A stretch of 64,000 nucleotides of DNA. Source: a virus. Lineage: Duplodnaviria > Caudoviricetes. The stretch's first letter is position 1. The number at the start of each line of letters is the position of its first letter. The notes beneath the pieces are model-generated. The model ran no database searches. It was not told the DNA's origin and saw nothing but the letters and a program-made list of their open reading frames with translations. Positions 28,534 to 38,995 of the stretch are shown in pieces. The stretch lies in IMG/VR virus record IMGVR_UViG_3300030376_002811, positions 5,183 to 69,182 of that record; one strand, 5' to 3'. Made by a program: the position numbers and the translations under genes.

Positions 28534-29238
28534 TTATTGTTTTTCAATTTGTGTTTCTGCAGTTTCTTTTCCACCAGCTATCTGCACTAACCCTGGTTTA
28601 TTAATTGTTACACCCGCTAACTCTAGTATTTTCATTACTAAAGAGCTTTCTTCAGATTCGTGTAAAACAAAGTTTACAGTATTGCCTCCTGAGTTGTGAA
28701 GTGCTTTTTCTCCAACAACTACATAATCCCATTCTACAGACGCAGGTCTCGTATAAACTTCGCAAGTAACGTTACCACCAATAACTTGGCCGGCGTTATT
28801 GTAAACCTCAATATCTTCTCCATTAGTTACGCTAATACAGTATACAGGATTACGAGCTAAATAAGCAGCGTGTCTAGAAGATTGCTGAATACTTAACACC
28901 TCGTTTCTTGGTAACTCCGTACAAACTCTGCTATTTGTAAAGATTCTACCAACCATATAATTTGCTGGATAAGTTGTGCCGTTTGTAACCGTGGCGATTG
29001 TTTTGAATGGCGCTAGTTTTTCTTCAATTAAAACTTCGACATCTTCTGCGCCAGCTTTGGCGTCTTTAACTTGTTCAAGTCTTTTTCTCTGATTGAGATC
29101 GTAGAAGTATTGCTCAAATATTTCATATTGAGCCTGGTTGGCAAGTAAGTTAAACTCCTGAGGCGTGATATAGCCCCTTTGCTCTTTATTAGCTAAAGCT
29201 AAAACTCTTTGATATACCGTGTCTATATTTACTGCCAT
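28534..29238 (-). CDS. Head-tail adaptor/ring protein, 234 aa
   Basis: N-terminus VYQRVLALANKEQRGYITPQEFNLLANQAQ, as in crAss-like ring proteins; position supports the call. Confidence 0.55.
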   Translation of the reverse strand: MAVNIDTVYQRVLALANKEQRGYITPQEFNLLANQAQYEIFEQYFYDLNQRKRLEQVKDAKAGAEDVEVLIEEKLAPFKTIATVTNGTTYPANYMVGRIFTNSRVCTELPRNEVLSIQQSSRHAAYLARNPVYCISVTNGEDIEVYNNAGQVIGGNVTCEVYTRPASVEWDYVVVGEKALHNSGGNTVNFVLHESEESSLVMKILELAGVTINKPGLVQIAGGKETAETQIEKQ

Positions 29239-29257
29239 TTTTTATATTTTTATAGTT

Positions 29258-29281
29258 GGTGGCTACCCGAAGATAACCACC
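29258..29281 (-). other. Intergenic UUCG hairpin (attenuator or mRNA-stabilising)
   Basis: GGTGGTTATC-TTCG-GGTAGCCACC, 10-bp stem, no following U-run. Confidence 0.55.
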
Positions 29282-29290
29282 ATCTATTAT

Positions 29291-30163
29291 TTAACCTAAT
29301 CTTTTTTCTAAAGCTGTGAAGATTTCCATACCTTCGTCAGTTTTAAACCAAGCTGCTAGAGCTGAGTAAGGATGCTCGTCAAAAGGAACATTCATAAGCT
29401 TTCTATCGTTAGAAGCCCAAGAAAAAGTTCTGTTATCTCGTGACAACTTTATAATACCCATTTCAGTAGCTTTTATACCCATATTTCTAAGCTGTATGTT
29501 ATCATCTGTCGCTAAGTCTATGAACAAACTAGGATTTTGTCTAGCCATAAGTAGTAAATCTCTCTTAAGTTCCTTAGAACTCATCTCTGTTACCTTAGAT
29601 CCTAACTCTACTCGCATAATAGCTTCTGCAAAATCAATATCCATTTGGTTAGCCAAGTTCATAGCGTTCATTTGAAGTTCTAACATATCTAAGTCAGAAG
29701 CAGCCTCAACGTCAGCTTGTCTTTCAGCATATATTCTATCTTTAGCTGGGTGGTATAAAGATAGAAGTTTTTGTAATATAACTTTGTTTTTAGGAACGAA
29801 TAATGCTCCGTTTCTAAATATAATATGATCTAATTGAGCCGTTGAACCTTCTGGAAACTCATCAACAAAAACTGTTCTCATGTTTCTTGTTAATTTAAGC
29901 TCTCTTTCGTAACCTTTTTCTTCATCAAACCAAAATATGTTTGCAGATTTTAAATGATGTGAAACAGGCGATTTACCATTTTTTAAAAAATAGTATCTAT
30001 CTTTTATTTCCCAAGTAGGTTTTTTAGGTTTTGCTTTAGCTACAGGAGCTTTAACAACTGGTTCTTCAATAACCACTTCAACCATTTCATTTGTAGCTTT
30101 TACTTCTGGTTGTTCTACATCAACCTCTGGTGCAGCTTTTGCCGCAGCTTTTTTCTTTGCCAT
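29291..30163 (-). CDS. Conserved virion-module protein downstream of the MCP, 290 aa
   Basis: Lys/Ala/Pro-rich disordered N-terminus and a globular C-terminus; immediately follows the capsid gene. Confidence 0.55.
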   Translation of the reverse strand: MAKKKAAAKAAPEVDVEQPEVKATNEMVEVVIEEPVVKAPVAKAKPKKPTWEIKDRYYFLKNGKSPVSHHLKSANIFWFDEEKGYERELKLTRNMRTVFVDEFPEGSTAQLDHIIFRNGALFVPKNKVILQKLLSLYHPAKDRIYAERQADVEAASDLDMLELQMNAMNLANQMDIDFAEAIMRVELGSKVTEMSSKELKRDLLLMARQNPSLFIDLATDDNIQLRNMGIKATEMGIIKLSRDNRTFSWASNDRKLMNVPFDEHPYSALAAWFKTDEGMEIFTALEKRLG

Positions 30164-30190
30164 AATAATATATAATAAAATTAATAAATA

Positions 30191-30219
30191 AAGGGTCGAG
30201 GCCGAAGCCTCGATCCCTT
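30191..30219 (-). terminator. Rho-independent terminator after the major capsid gene
   Basis: AAGGGATCGAGGC-TTCG-GCCTCGACCCTT followed by TATTTATT. Confidence 0.8.
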
Positions 30220-30229
30220 ATAAGTATGA

Positions 30230-31690
30230 TTACTTAATCATGAAGAAGTTGTTTGCACCTTGTACAACTAAACATCTTTCAGATAAGTACTGAACTTGCA
30301 TTGCATCCAAGTCAGAAGTAGTAGCTCCAACAGATCCAGTGATCCAAGTTTTAAGCTTTCTATCTTCCATTTGAGAAGCACGGTAACGAACGTGTAAGAA
30401 CGGACGTTTTAGGTTACGACCTAATTGCTGATCGTATACAGATGATACACCTGCAGGGATCATAATACCTCTGATGTTAGTCAAAGTATTAGCAATACCG
30501 CCTCGCGTAGACTTATCGTTCAAGTATTTGAAGTCAGACTTATAGAAGTCATAAGATCCTCTACGGAAACCAGAGAAACCTAAGTTCAACGCCATATCTT
30601 CAGAGTTGTTGAATACACCGTAAGATGTACCACCAGCACCGTAAGAATTCATTGAAGCTAACATATCGTCCATAGCAAGAGAAACTCCGCGGTTAACGAA
30701 TAACATGTTTTCTTCAATAGCACCGTTCTTGTCTAGTTCAGCTAGCATTAAGTCGAACTCAGCTAAATCGCCAGGTCCAGTGATACCAGTAATACCGTTA
30801 GTGATGTTACCTCTATCTTCTACAGCGTAGAATAAACCTTCTGTACCTTCGATGAAACCAGCACCAGCAGCAGACGTAGGGTTAACAGCGATAGCAGCGT
30901 TACCAGCAGTAGCAGGCTCAGCTTCTAACATTGTCATCTCTAAGTAGTCAGCAAAACGAGTACGAGTATCGCCTTCAGCTTTCAAGTACCATAAGAAACC
31001 GTTTTGTCCGTCTTCACCAGAAACTTCAACCCAACCGATTTGAGATGCATCAGATCCAGATACCTCGTAAATGTCTTTGATGATGATTGGCTTGTTAGTG
31101 AAAGATTGGAAATTTGGGCTTACAGCGTTACCTGATCCAGTTCCAGCAGTACCTTTAGCATGCTCAGAACCAAACACCATTAACGTAACAGCACCAGCAA
31201 CTTGTGATAGTGCAGCGAAAACCGCAGCTTGTGTTTCAGTGTAAGGGTGTAATTCAATAACTGATAAAGCAGCAGCTGATGCAGTTCTTACGTAACACTT
31301 GTATGAAGCGTTAGCATCAGATAAAATTACTGTGTCACCATCGCGAACAGCACCGTTAACTGTAGGAACATTTCCATCAATATCAGTAACGATAGTAAAT
31401 GAAAGTCCGTTAGCATTGGTCATAGTTCCAACATACGATAGGTGTAAACGTCCTTGCTCAGACCAGATAACCTGATCAGAAGTCATAGACTCTTCAGCGC
31501 CTACTTGCTCCAAGAAACCTGAGATAGTTCTGTTACCGAAAACCTCAGCTTCTTTTTCAAGTAAGTCTGGTAAATATTGTTGTGACCAATCAACACCAGT
31601 TCCTGATGCAAAGTCGATATAGTTTGTAATCAACGTCTGCTTGGCAGGAGCTGGAACAACTTGATAATTTGGTCCAAATGAAATTGCCAT
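30230..31690 (-). CDS. Major capsid protein, 486 aa
   Basis: Follows portal and scaffold, has a strong terminator downstream, and carries crAss-like MCP motifs (F..FTNKPIIIKD.Y.VSGSD; LGFSGFRRGSYDFYK; YLSERCLVVQGANNF). Confidence 0.85.
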   Translation of the reverse strand: MAISFGPNYQVVPAPAKQTLITNYIDFASGTGVDWSQQYLPDLLEKEAEVFGNRTISGFLEQVGAEESMTSDQVIWSEQGRLHLSYVGTMTNANGLSFTIVTDIDGNVPTVNGAVRDGDTVILSDANASYKCYVRTASAAALSVIELHPYTETQAAVFAALSQVAGAVTLMVFGSEHAKGTAGTGSGNAVSPNFQSFTNKPIIIKDIYEVSGSDASQIGWVEVSGEDGQNGFLWYLKAEGDTRTRFADYLEMTMLEAEPATAGNAAIAVNPTSAAGAGFIEGTEGLFYAVEDRGNITNGITGITGPGDLAEFDLMLAELDKNGAIEENMLFVNRGVSLAMDDMLASMNSYGAGGTSYGVFNNSEDMALNLGFSGFRRGSYDFYKSDFKYLNDKSTRGGIANTLTNIRGIMIPAGVSSVYDQQLGRNLKRPFLHVRYRASQMEDRKLKTWITGSVGATTSDLDAMQVQYLSERCLVVQGANNFFMIK

Positions 31691-31715
31691 AATTAAATGA
31701 GTTTAAAGTTAAAAA

Positions 31716-32855
31716 TTATTTTTTATTCCTAAACTTTAAGCCGGATGAGTTTTGATCACCTACAACTTTAAATTTAAGACCACCAACCTCAATCTCACCG
31801 TGAGATTTTCTGGCTGATGTATTTACATTTTTCGCTTTATCTACAGTTTCTTTCAACGCGTCTGCTTTTCCTTGCTCATAAAAATGTTGAGCTATAGCAT
31901 CGGGGTTGTTAGCTGTGTATAAAGCTTTGTGATAACCATTCGCATCTTCCATTAGATTATCTTTGTTTAAGAACTTCTTAACAAAGTTGTTAATATCTAA
32001 CTGATTCTGTTTCACGTTATCAGCATTGTTTACATTAAATCTAAACTTCTTTTCACCGACATTGTATTCAAAACCTTTGAACTCATCGTTAAAAACACCT
32101 TCTGTTTTTTCTTGAAATTTTGATTGTTGCATTTTGAATGTTTTTTCAGATTCCTCTGATTCTTTGTTATATCTATTAAAAAAGTCAATAGCTTTTTGTT
32201 GTTCAGCATCTAGACCAGTACTCTTAGTTTTAATATCCTCGTAGTACTTAGATTTTAAATTATCTAAATGGTTTTTAGCGTCAGCTACTTGCTCTTTTAA
32301 TTCAAGTTTCTTTCTTCTTACTTCCTTTTCGTCATCAACTTCTTCGTCGTAAGAAAACCTATCTTCTAGCATAAAGTTTATCTCTTCAGCGTTTAGATGT
32401 GGTTTTGTTTTTTCGTAGTAATCACGAAGTATTTCAGAGTCATCTTCTTCTTCGTAATTTTTGTTTAGCTCTACGTAGTCGTTAAGTGTCCCACCAGTTT
32501 CGTTCATAAAATCAGCTAACTTTTTCAAGTTCTCTGGTAAAACTGTTGTGGGTTCTTCTATTACTTGCTCTTGGGGTACGGGTTGCTCATTTTGAACTTC
32601 TTTATTTTCTTCTGTGATCTCTTCAACGACATTTGCGCTGGTGACTTGCTCTCCCAATCCTCCGCTATCTCCGGGTGATTCTTCCACAGGTACCTCCTCT
32701 GTTTTTCGCTCTTGAACGGCATTGTCTTCTGTTTTAGGTTTACTTAAATCTACTTTTACAACTGAATCATCTCCAGCTGACTTAAATTTACTTTCGTCAA
32801 TTTGTTTCTCTTCGACTTTAGTCTCCTCTACATTTGTTTCATTGTTTTCTTCCAT
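31716..32855 (-). CDS. Capsid scaffolding protein, 379 aa
   Basis: Very acidic disordered N-half and coiled-coil C-half, located between portal and MCP. Confidence 0.7.
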   Translation of the reverse strand: MEENNETNVEETKVEEKQIDESKFKSAGDDSVVKVDLSKPKTEDNAVQERKTEEVPVEESPGDSGGLGEQVTSANVVEEITEENKEVQNEQPVPQEQVIEEPTTVLPENLKKLADFMNETGGTLNDYVELNKNYEEEDDSEILRDYYEKTKPHLNAEEINFMLEDRFSYDEEVDDEKEVRRKKLELKEQVADAKNHLDNLKSKYYEDIKTKSTGLDAEQQKAIDFFNRYNKESEESEKTFKMQQSKFQEKTEGVFNDEFKGFEYNVGEKKFRFNVNNADNVKQNQLDINNFVKKFLNKDNLMEDANGYHKALYTANNPDAIAQHFYEQGKADALKETVDKAKNVNTSARKSHGEIEVGGLKFKVVGDQNSSGLKFRNKK

Positions 32856-32872
32856 AATATAATATTAAATAA

Positions 32873-35284
32873 TTAGTTTTTAGTCAATCCACCTATATTG
32901 ATACCTTGGCCAGACCCTAAGCTATCATTACCTGCAGACTCAAATCTTTTAGGTGGTTTTCCACCTTTCTTTTGCTCAATCATTTGACTTTGTTGAGAAG
33001 CGGCTTGAGCTTGCCTTTCATCTTTTCTATCTTCTCTCATATTTTCTTGCGATTGCTGTTGTTGCAATTCCATTTGTCTGAGCTTTTTATTTATCTCAAA
33101 CTCGTGATCCATAAGTTGTCTTTTCATTAAAGCTTCTTGCTTTAAGTATTCCAACTTAAGAGTATTATCGTGTGTTTTTAAAGCTTTTTGAGTTTCTGTT
33201 AACTGTTGTGCTTTTTGAACCTCTGCTTGAGCAGCTGCTTGTTGAGCTTGCGATTGCGCCTGAGCTTGTGACTTTTGATTTTCTTGTTGGATTTGTTGGT
33301 CACGCTGAAGCTTCTTTTTCTTCTTAAGTTTTAGTAATTGATTTGCTAGTTTTAGATTTCTAACCTCTCTAATATCTATAGCATCGTCTAAATCAATTAA
33401 CTTTTGTGATATTGCTAGGCTTATATTATTTTCTAGCATTTGCTTTTCTTCTTCGTCTGGCGCCAACTGAATGAATATACCAAAATCATATAAGTGTAAC
33501 TCAGACATTTCTTTTAGTGTAGCTACATTGTGAGCTCCTATAGCTTGCACAAACGCGTCTCTTGTTGGTGAGTATTCTATAATATCAGAAACTCTTAACG
33601 ATACAGACTCAGCTACTTCCTCGGTTAAAAACAGCATTGCTTGTAATATATGTCTAGTTGCTACATTAGAATTAGCAGCCGCTAATTTTTGAACACCTAC
33701 TAAACTGTTAGCGTCAGGTGTTGAAGCATCTCTCGCCTCGTTCAATCCGGTCACATCACGAATCATTTGCAGGTAATAGTTATACGTAGACGTTAAGCTT
33801 TGTATCTTGTTACTACCAGCTCCACTTTGTATTTGCTGAATAGGTATTTTACCTGGATTAGGATCGCCATCTTGTGTAAAAGATCTTCCTAAAACAGAAC
33901 CTGTCTGGAAGAACATATTTAACGCTTCTTGTGGGTTGTAGTTTGTTCCGTTGCCCAAATCTATTTCAGCTAAACCATCAGCGTCTAAGTAAACGCCATC
34001 TGGAACCATACGAGACATTACTTGCTGTAACTTTAAATGTGTTAACTGAATCATGTCAGCGAAACCAGTAATACGACCAACGAGAGACTCTATTTTACCG
34101 TTATACATTCTAGGAGCTACCACAGAGTAATTCATTCTCACCTTGTTGTAGTCACTTTTATCTCTCATCATGTTTTCAGACACCTGCCACTTTAAAAGCT
34201 TGTTTGTGCCGACTACCATAGCGCCTTCGTAAAGAACTTCTACTTGTCTAGCTAGTCTCGAGAAAGGAGCATCTTCACTGCTAGGAGCTTTAAAAGTATC
34301 CGGCTTTGGAATTGCTTTATCTGCGCCGGAAGAGGTCTTTTTAACTTTGTAAGTATCAGTATGAAAAGTTTTCCAGTTAAAGTATAAAACTTGTACTTTA
34401 TTTTTGTCTTTCTCGTGAACATGACCAGATCTATTAGAGTATCTTTTACTTTTTGTTTTTAGTTCTTTTAATTCTTCTTTGTCTATACTAGGAAACTCTC
34501 TTATCAACTCGTTGATAGGTATAGTTTTTACCTCACCAACGTAGTATACGTCTTCAAAATATGGAGATTCAGTGTGAGAGTATACTAGGTTTGCTGGGTC
34601 GACATACTCAACTGTAACACCTCTTGAGTAATCAAAGTTTGTTTTAACAGCACCAATACCGCAAACTGTTATATCTCTTAAAACTCTTCTTCTTGTTAAA
34701 TCGTATTTATTTCCTTTCAATAATACGTTTATAGCTTGCTCGTTAGCCGTTTCTACAGATTGCTTATAGTCTAGTTGCATGTGTAGTTCTAGCTCTTCCA
34801 CGCTATCAGGCAGCTTATCCTCATCTGTCTGTGCTAACTTTACGTTAAATTGCTTTTTAGCTTGAGCATTGAAATCTTTCATTTTCATATCTCTCAATAT
34901 GGTTTCCATGTAAGCTGTTCGCTTGCTAACACCATATTCATCTTGAGCATAGCATGATACATCGTAATTTCTAGCACTCATTCCATTTACAACTATATCT
35001 ACAAATTTAGGTATAATTGGAACTGGTTTCCAGTCTAGGTTTAAGTAGCTTAAGTCACCATTTATAGATAACTCGTCTTTATATTTTTGAACAGACTGTT
35101 CGCCTCTAGCATAAAGCCTTAAGTCATGAAATCTTTTTTGTGAGTAAGAATATCTATTAGAGGCAGGACCATCAAACCATTCCTTTTCAATAGCTCTAGC
35201 TACTTCAAGCCCATAATCTGAACTTTGCTTTTCCAGATCGCTAACTATCTGAGAAGGAAAATCTGTTGTAATCGAATTAGCCAT
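32873..35284 (-). CDS. Portal protein, 803 aa
   Basis: Follows TerL; motifs YLNLDWKPVPIIPKFVDIVVNGM and VTGLNEARD, and a Gln-rich C-terminal barrel. Confidence 0.85.
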   Translation of the reverse strand: MANSITTDFPSQIVSDLEKQSSDYGLEVARAIEKEWFDGPASNRYSYSQKRFHDLRLYARGEQSVQKYKDELSINGDLSYLNLDWKPVPIIPKFVDIVVNGMSARNYDVSCYAQDEYGVSKRTAYMETILRDMKMKDFNAQAKKQFNVKLAQTDEDKLPDSVEELELHMQLDYKQSVETANEQAINVLLKGNKYDLTRRRVLRDITVCGIGAVKTNFDYSRGVTVEYVDPANLVYSHTESPYFEDVYYVGEVKTIPINELIREFPSIDKEELKELKTKSKRYSNRSGHVHEKDKNKVQVLYFNWKTFHTDTYKVKKTSSGADKAIPKPDTFKAPSSEDAPFSRLARQVEVLYEGAMVVGTNKLLKWQVSENMMRDKSDYNKVRMNYSVVAPRMYNGKIESLVGRITGFADMIQLTHLKLQQVMSRMVPDGVYLDADGLAEIDLGNGTNYNPQEALNMFFQTGSVLGRSFTQDGDPNPGKIPIQQIQSGAGSNKIQSLTSTYNYYLQMIRDVTGLNEARDASTPDANSLVGVQKLAAANSNVATRHILQAMLFLTEEVAESVSLRVSDIIEYSPTRDAFVQAIGAHNVATLKEMSELHLYDFGIFIQLAPDEEEKQMLENNISLAISQKLIDLDDAIDIREVRNLKLANQLLKLKKKKKLQRDQQIQQENQKSQAQAQSQAQQAAAQAEVQKAQQLTETQKALKTHDNTLKLEYLKQEALMKRQLMDHEFEINKKLRQMELQQQQSQENMREDRKDERQAQAASQQSQMIEQKKGGKPPKRFESAGNDSLGSGQGINIGGLTKN

Positions 35285-35286
35285 AT

Positions 35287-37506
35287 TTATCTTTTAATTA
35301 TTTTTGATGAATAGCCTTTATTATTATATTTAGCTATGTTTAAATTTAAATCGGTTTTTTCTCGTATTGGATTTGGTGTGTATAAATGTCTATTGCAAGC
35401 CATTATAGCTAAACCAGAACTAATAGTAGCATCAAACTTTGTTCTTTTGGTTATATCAAACTTTGACCAATCGTTCAACGTTCTATTAAAATACATGTTA
35501 CCGTAATTGCCCTCTGTTATTTGACCTACGTGATTCTGTATGTACATCTCGATAGCGGCTGCGTGAGCTTGCTTAATGTCTTCACTTGAGTTTGGTATAC
35601 CACCTATTTCTTTTTCTGTAACAGATAGTTTATTCCAAGTTTTATCAGGTCTGTTCATACTAAAGCCTCTATAGCCTCTTCTTCTAAAATAGTATAGTAG
35701 CCTAGGTTTGTTGTTCTCACACAGTATGGGCATACCATAAAAAACACATGCCATTAGTACATCTTCAAAAAATATATCGGCAGTTTGTGGTCTAGCTAAG
35801 TACTCTAAAAAAAAGCTATTAGCGGGAGCATCCTCCATGCTAAACTTTGTTAAACCATGCAAAGCTCCTTTAGAACCTTGACCATCTACTGTTCCACTAA
35901 TATCATAACTATCACAGCCAAAGGCTCCCATGTGTTCGTTACCTGGATACTTTACGCCATTTTTTACGTAAACTTTGTTTTGTATGTTTTGGTTAGGTAT
36001 CCAACTTATTTTAAATCTACCTTTTGGATCTGGATAAAACATCACCTGTGTATCTTTAACACCGGCAACCCATTGAAAGTTTCCAGTAGTAAGACCGAGT
36101 GTTCTAACCATCTCCTCGTTGTAGTCTATTTGATCGTATATTCTAACTAAGTTAAATATACTGTTTTTTGTTTCATCTCTAAACGCGTGCTCTTCAGTTT
36201 TAGGAAACTGACGATAAAATTCGTTTAGTGCATCTTGATCAGATTTTAAACCATCAGCTTCATTTTGCCAGTGATCTATAACACCTACATCTATTAGTTC
36301 ACCATCTGGTCCGAGTACATCATCGCTAGGGTTATCAAATACAGGTTGTCCATATTGGTCAAGAAATCCTTCAAAGTTCCATTCCATTGGGATAAACAAA
36401 GAATATAAACCAGACTTTGTCTGTCCATTTCTATTTCGCTGCGTGACGTCTGATGCATTGTATAGTTTTTTAAAATTATCACCACCTTTATCCAAAGCGT
36501 TTGATGTTGATCCCATCATACACTTACCTATAATTCTACTACCTAATCTTAAACAAGTTTTTGTTACTCGCCAGTTATTTAGTATATTATCAGGCCTTTC
36601 CCACTTACCACTTTCATCGTGTACTAATAACGCTAATTTTTCACCATCATAACTATTATCTCCGGTGTTTTTCCAGTCAATAGTCGTATCTAATCCTTCT
36701 AATTCCTCAACTTGCTCGTTAGAAGTTATTTTTCTTCTAGTAAACTTACTTGCAGGAACTCTATACGCTAGCTCTGTTTTTGGTCTATCCATACCGTCTT
36801 GTATGGGCTTAAAAAAGAAAGGATAGTTTATAGATATTGGAACAACCTTATCGGTAAACATTTTCTTAGCATCAGCACCAGTTTTAGAAAGTATCCCAAA
36901 CCTACTATCACCTGCTAATGTAGCTAAATTAACTGTTTCGGCACTAGACATGAAAGAAAAACCAGAACGTCTATTCTTTAGATAACACATTCCATAAGAT
37001 CTTTTGTCTGCTTTACAAGCTTCCCAAAATATAAAGAACAATCTGTTGGCCTCTCTAAAGTCAGGTGCACCTACATCAATTTTACTCCATTGTAAATACA
37101 TATAGTGTGTACCCGTTATGTACGTTGGCTTACCACTGTTTGTAAACCAAAAACCTTCTTCACGTCTTTTAAATTCGACATCTATATAATCGTACCACTG
37201 ATCCTTAGACTCCTCCGGATAGTTTCTCCAATCAAATATATTCTTTAATCGAGAAAGCTCCTTAGGTTGCTCCATTTTAACCCACATATCACTCTCATGC
37301 TTATATACGTCTTTAGGAGTTTTAGGTAGGGCAATTTGTAGGTTTTGTATTTCTATAATTTCACCTATTTGACCTGTTTTAGATATTACAACAATATCGT
37401 GCTCTTTATTGTAGCCATACTTCCACTTTCTACCCTTGTTCATTCTGCTTATGGTAGAAAGCTTTATAGGTTGTACTATGCTATATAAACTTTGCTTGTA
37501 ACTCAT
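35287..37506 (-). CDS. terL: Terminase large subunit, 739 aa
   Basis: Walker A-like KNRRSGFS, Walker B LLVHDESGK, coupling motif GSTSN, and nuclease acidic residues (FGCDSYD, CENNK, FDATISSGLA). Confidence 0.9.
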   Translation of the reverse strand: MSYKQSLYSIVQPIKLSTISRMNKGRKWKYGYNKEHDIVVISKTGQIGEIIEIQNLQIALPKTPKDVYKHESDMWVKMEQPKELSRLKNIFDWRNYPEESKDQWYDYIDVEFKRREEGFWFTNSGKPTYITGTHYMYLQWSKIDVGAPDFREANRLFFIFWEACKADKRSYGMCYLKNRRSGFSFMSSAETVNLATLAGDSRFGILSKTGADAKKMFTDKVVPISINYPFFFKPIQDGMDRPKTELAYRVPASKFTRRKITSNEQVEELEGLDTTIDWKNTGDNSYDGEKLALLVHDESGKWERPDNILNNWRVTKTCLRLGSRIIGKCMMGSTSNALDKGGDNFKKLYNASDVTQRNRNGQTKSGLYSLFIPMEWNFEGFLDQYGQPVFDNPSDDVLGPDGELIDVGVIDHWQNEADGLKSDQDALNEFYRQFPKTEEHAFRDETKNSIFNLVRIYDQIDYNEEMVRTLGLTTGNFQWVAGVKDTQVMFYPDPKGRFKISWIPNQNIQNKVYVKNGVKYPGNEHMGAFGCDSYDISGTVDGQGSKGALHGLTKFSMEDAPANSFFLEYLARPQTADIFFEDVLMACVFYGMPILCENNKPRLLYYFRRRGYRGFSMNRPDKTWNKLSVTEKEIGGIPNSSEDIKQAHAAAIEMYIQNHVGQITEGNYGNMYFNRTLNDWSKFDITKRTKFDATISSGLAIMACNRHLYTPNPIREKTDLNLNIAKYNNKGYSSKIIKR

Positions 37507-37778
37507 TTCGATCTGCCTTCCGCGAAGCCTTTAAATACTCGTTCTTCTTTCTTTTCTTGTGTCTTTCCTTCCAGAATATTTTCTTCTTCTTGTATACGGT
37601 TGAGGATTTCAAATGCATCAAATATAGCTAACTTTTTAGTAGCTGCAGCATTTTTTAATCTATCAGCAGATATATCATCGTCACTATCGACAATAGCTTC
37701 TTTAGCTACCTTAATCAACTCCTCAACTGCTTTGTGCCCAGCTTGGATTATACGTTTTTTCGTTTGTTTTATATCCAT
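37503..37778 (-). CDS. terS: Probable terminase small subunit, 91 aa
   Basis: Short helical protein overlapping the TerL start; ends in KGFAEGRSK. Confidence 0.55.
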   Translation of the reverse strand: MDIKQTKKRIIQAGHKAVEELIKVAKEAIVDSDDDISADRLKNAAATKKLAIFDAFEILNRIQEEENILEGKTQEKKEERVFKGFAEGRSK

Positions 37779-38313
37779 ATTTCATTGTAATTAAATTTGA
37801 TTTAACTCTATATAATAACTTCCCATCAATTACAAACTCATATTCTGAACCTGGATGAAAACCTATTATTTCGTTTTCTTTACAAAAACCATCTGAATAA
37901 ACAATAACACCTACGTTTTTCTTTTCTACTAAATCCTCAAACCTATCAACTTCTTGTATAGGTTGAACAAAGCAAAAACCTTTTAAAGATTTCCACTGGC
38001 CTTCACTTTTGTAAGCGAATATTTGATCTGGTTGAACTAAAAACTCGTCTTCATTTAAATAGCCTCTACTGTTTTTTTCTTGCTTGCGGATATTATACCA
38101 CCTTCTAAAAACGTTGTGATGTATAGCTACTTCGTCACCTTCTTTTATAGACGTCTTATTTAACGCAGGGCATGCAACAACAATACCTGTTTTATTTATA
38201 AATTTATAGTTAGATATTTCAGTGTTTATTATTAGCTCTTTATCTCCAACTTTTTTAGTATTATTGTATCTTTGTCCTTTTGGTTTTATTATAAAATTGT
38301 AAGGACTTTTCAT
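37723..38313 (-). CDS. GroES-like co-chaperonin domain protein, 196 aa
   Basis: FIIKP...GIVVACP...IKEGDEVAIHH and a second half GVIVY...NEIIGFHPGSEYEFVIDGKLLYRV suggest two GroES-like beta-barrels. Confidence 0.5.
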   Translation of the reverse strand: MKSPYNFIIKPKGQRYNNTKKVGDKELIINTEISNYKFINKTGIVVACPALNKTSIKEGDEVAIHHNVFRRWYNIRKQEKNSRGYLNEDEFLVQPDQIFAYKSEGQWKSLKGFCFVQPIQEVDRFEDLVEKKNVGVIVYSDGFCKENEIIGFHPGSEYEFVIDGKLLYRVKSNLITMKYGYKTNEKTYNPSWAQSS

Positions 38314-38534
38314 TAATACTCTAAATTATATTCTATTGATATTGCCATGTTCTTATTAAAATCTTTCCAAGGCAGAACATCGTTACCTTTTTTTATATAC
38401 ACAGAATACTTATCTTTTTCTTCTACTATATCTGATATAGTGTGACCACCGTAGACTTCTTGACCAACCGCGTAATGCATTGCGTCATTTTTGTAGTCTC
38501 GACCAACACTAATCTTTCTTATTAGCTTCGCCAT
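38313..38534 (-). CDS. Conserved phage hypothetical protein, 73 aa
   Basis: IRKISVGRDYKNDAMHYAVGQ...WKDFNKNMAISIEY; coupled ORF. Confidence 0.6.
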   Translation of the reverse strand: MAKLIRKISVGRDYKNDAMHYAVGQEVYGGHTISDIVEEKDKYSVYIKKGNDVLPWKDFNKNMAISIEYNLEY

Positions 38535-38796
38535 TTGATTCGTAGTTTAATTCTCCAGTTTGCACGTTTACATCAAATGTTCCGTACTCTTCTTGAAGTT
38601 TATTTTGAGTTAATTTCATTTCATCTTCTAATCCAGCCAAGTAGTGTAGTATCTTATGCTTTTGAACATCTAATCCACCTAAATCAAATTGAGCTTTGTT
38701 TAGATTAGACACAATACTTTGGATTTTCTTTAATTGTTCTTCTGAAACTTTTTCAGCGCGAAGGTTAGCCACCTTCGGAGTTTTTCTTTTTGCCAT
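38509..38796 (-). CDS. Coiled-coil hypothetical protein, 95 aa
   Basis: Heptad-rich, ends YGTFDVNVQTGEL. Confidence 0.55.
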   Translation of the reverse strand: MAKRKTPKVANLRAEKVSEEQLKKIQSIVSNLNKAQFDLGGLDVQKHKILHYLAGLEDEMKLTQNKLQEEYGTFDVNVQTGELNYESNGEANKKD

Positions 38797-38821
38797 GATA
38801 TAATATTATTTAATTAGTTAG

Positions 38822-38995
38822 TTACTTTTTGTAAGGAAAGATTTTATTTAAAAAATTCTTTCTACCTGTGCAGCCGCAGTCATTAAAACCCAGTGCGTTT
38901 ATTATTTTTTCTACAAGACTTTTGATACCTGTTTTTTTAGTTATTTTTTCCACGGTATCTCCTAAGCCAATATCTTCTACTTTAGTCCTTTTCAT
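38822..38995 (-). CDS. Small phage protein, 57 aa (not in ORF track)
   Basis: MKRTKVEDIGLGDTVEKITKKTGIKSLVEKIINALGFNDCGCTGRKNFLNKIFPYKK; the GLGDTVEK...DCGC..R motif is common in such phages; TAATG-coupled. Confidence 0.65.
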   Translation of the reverse strand: MKRTKVEDIGLGDTVEKITKKTGIKSLVEKIINALGFNDCGCTGRKNFLNKIFPYKK

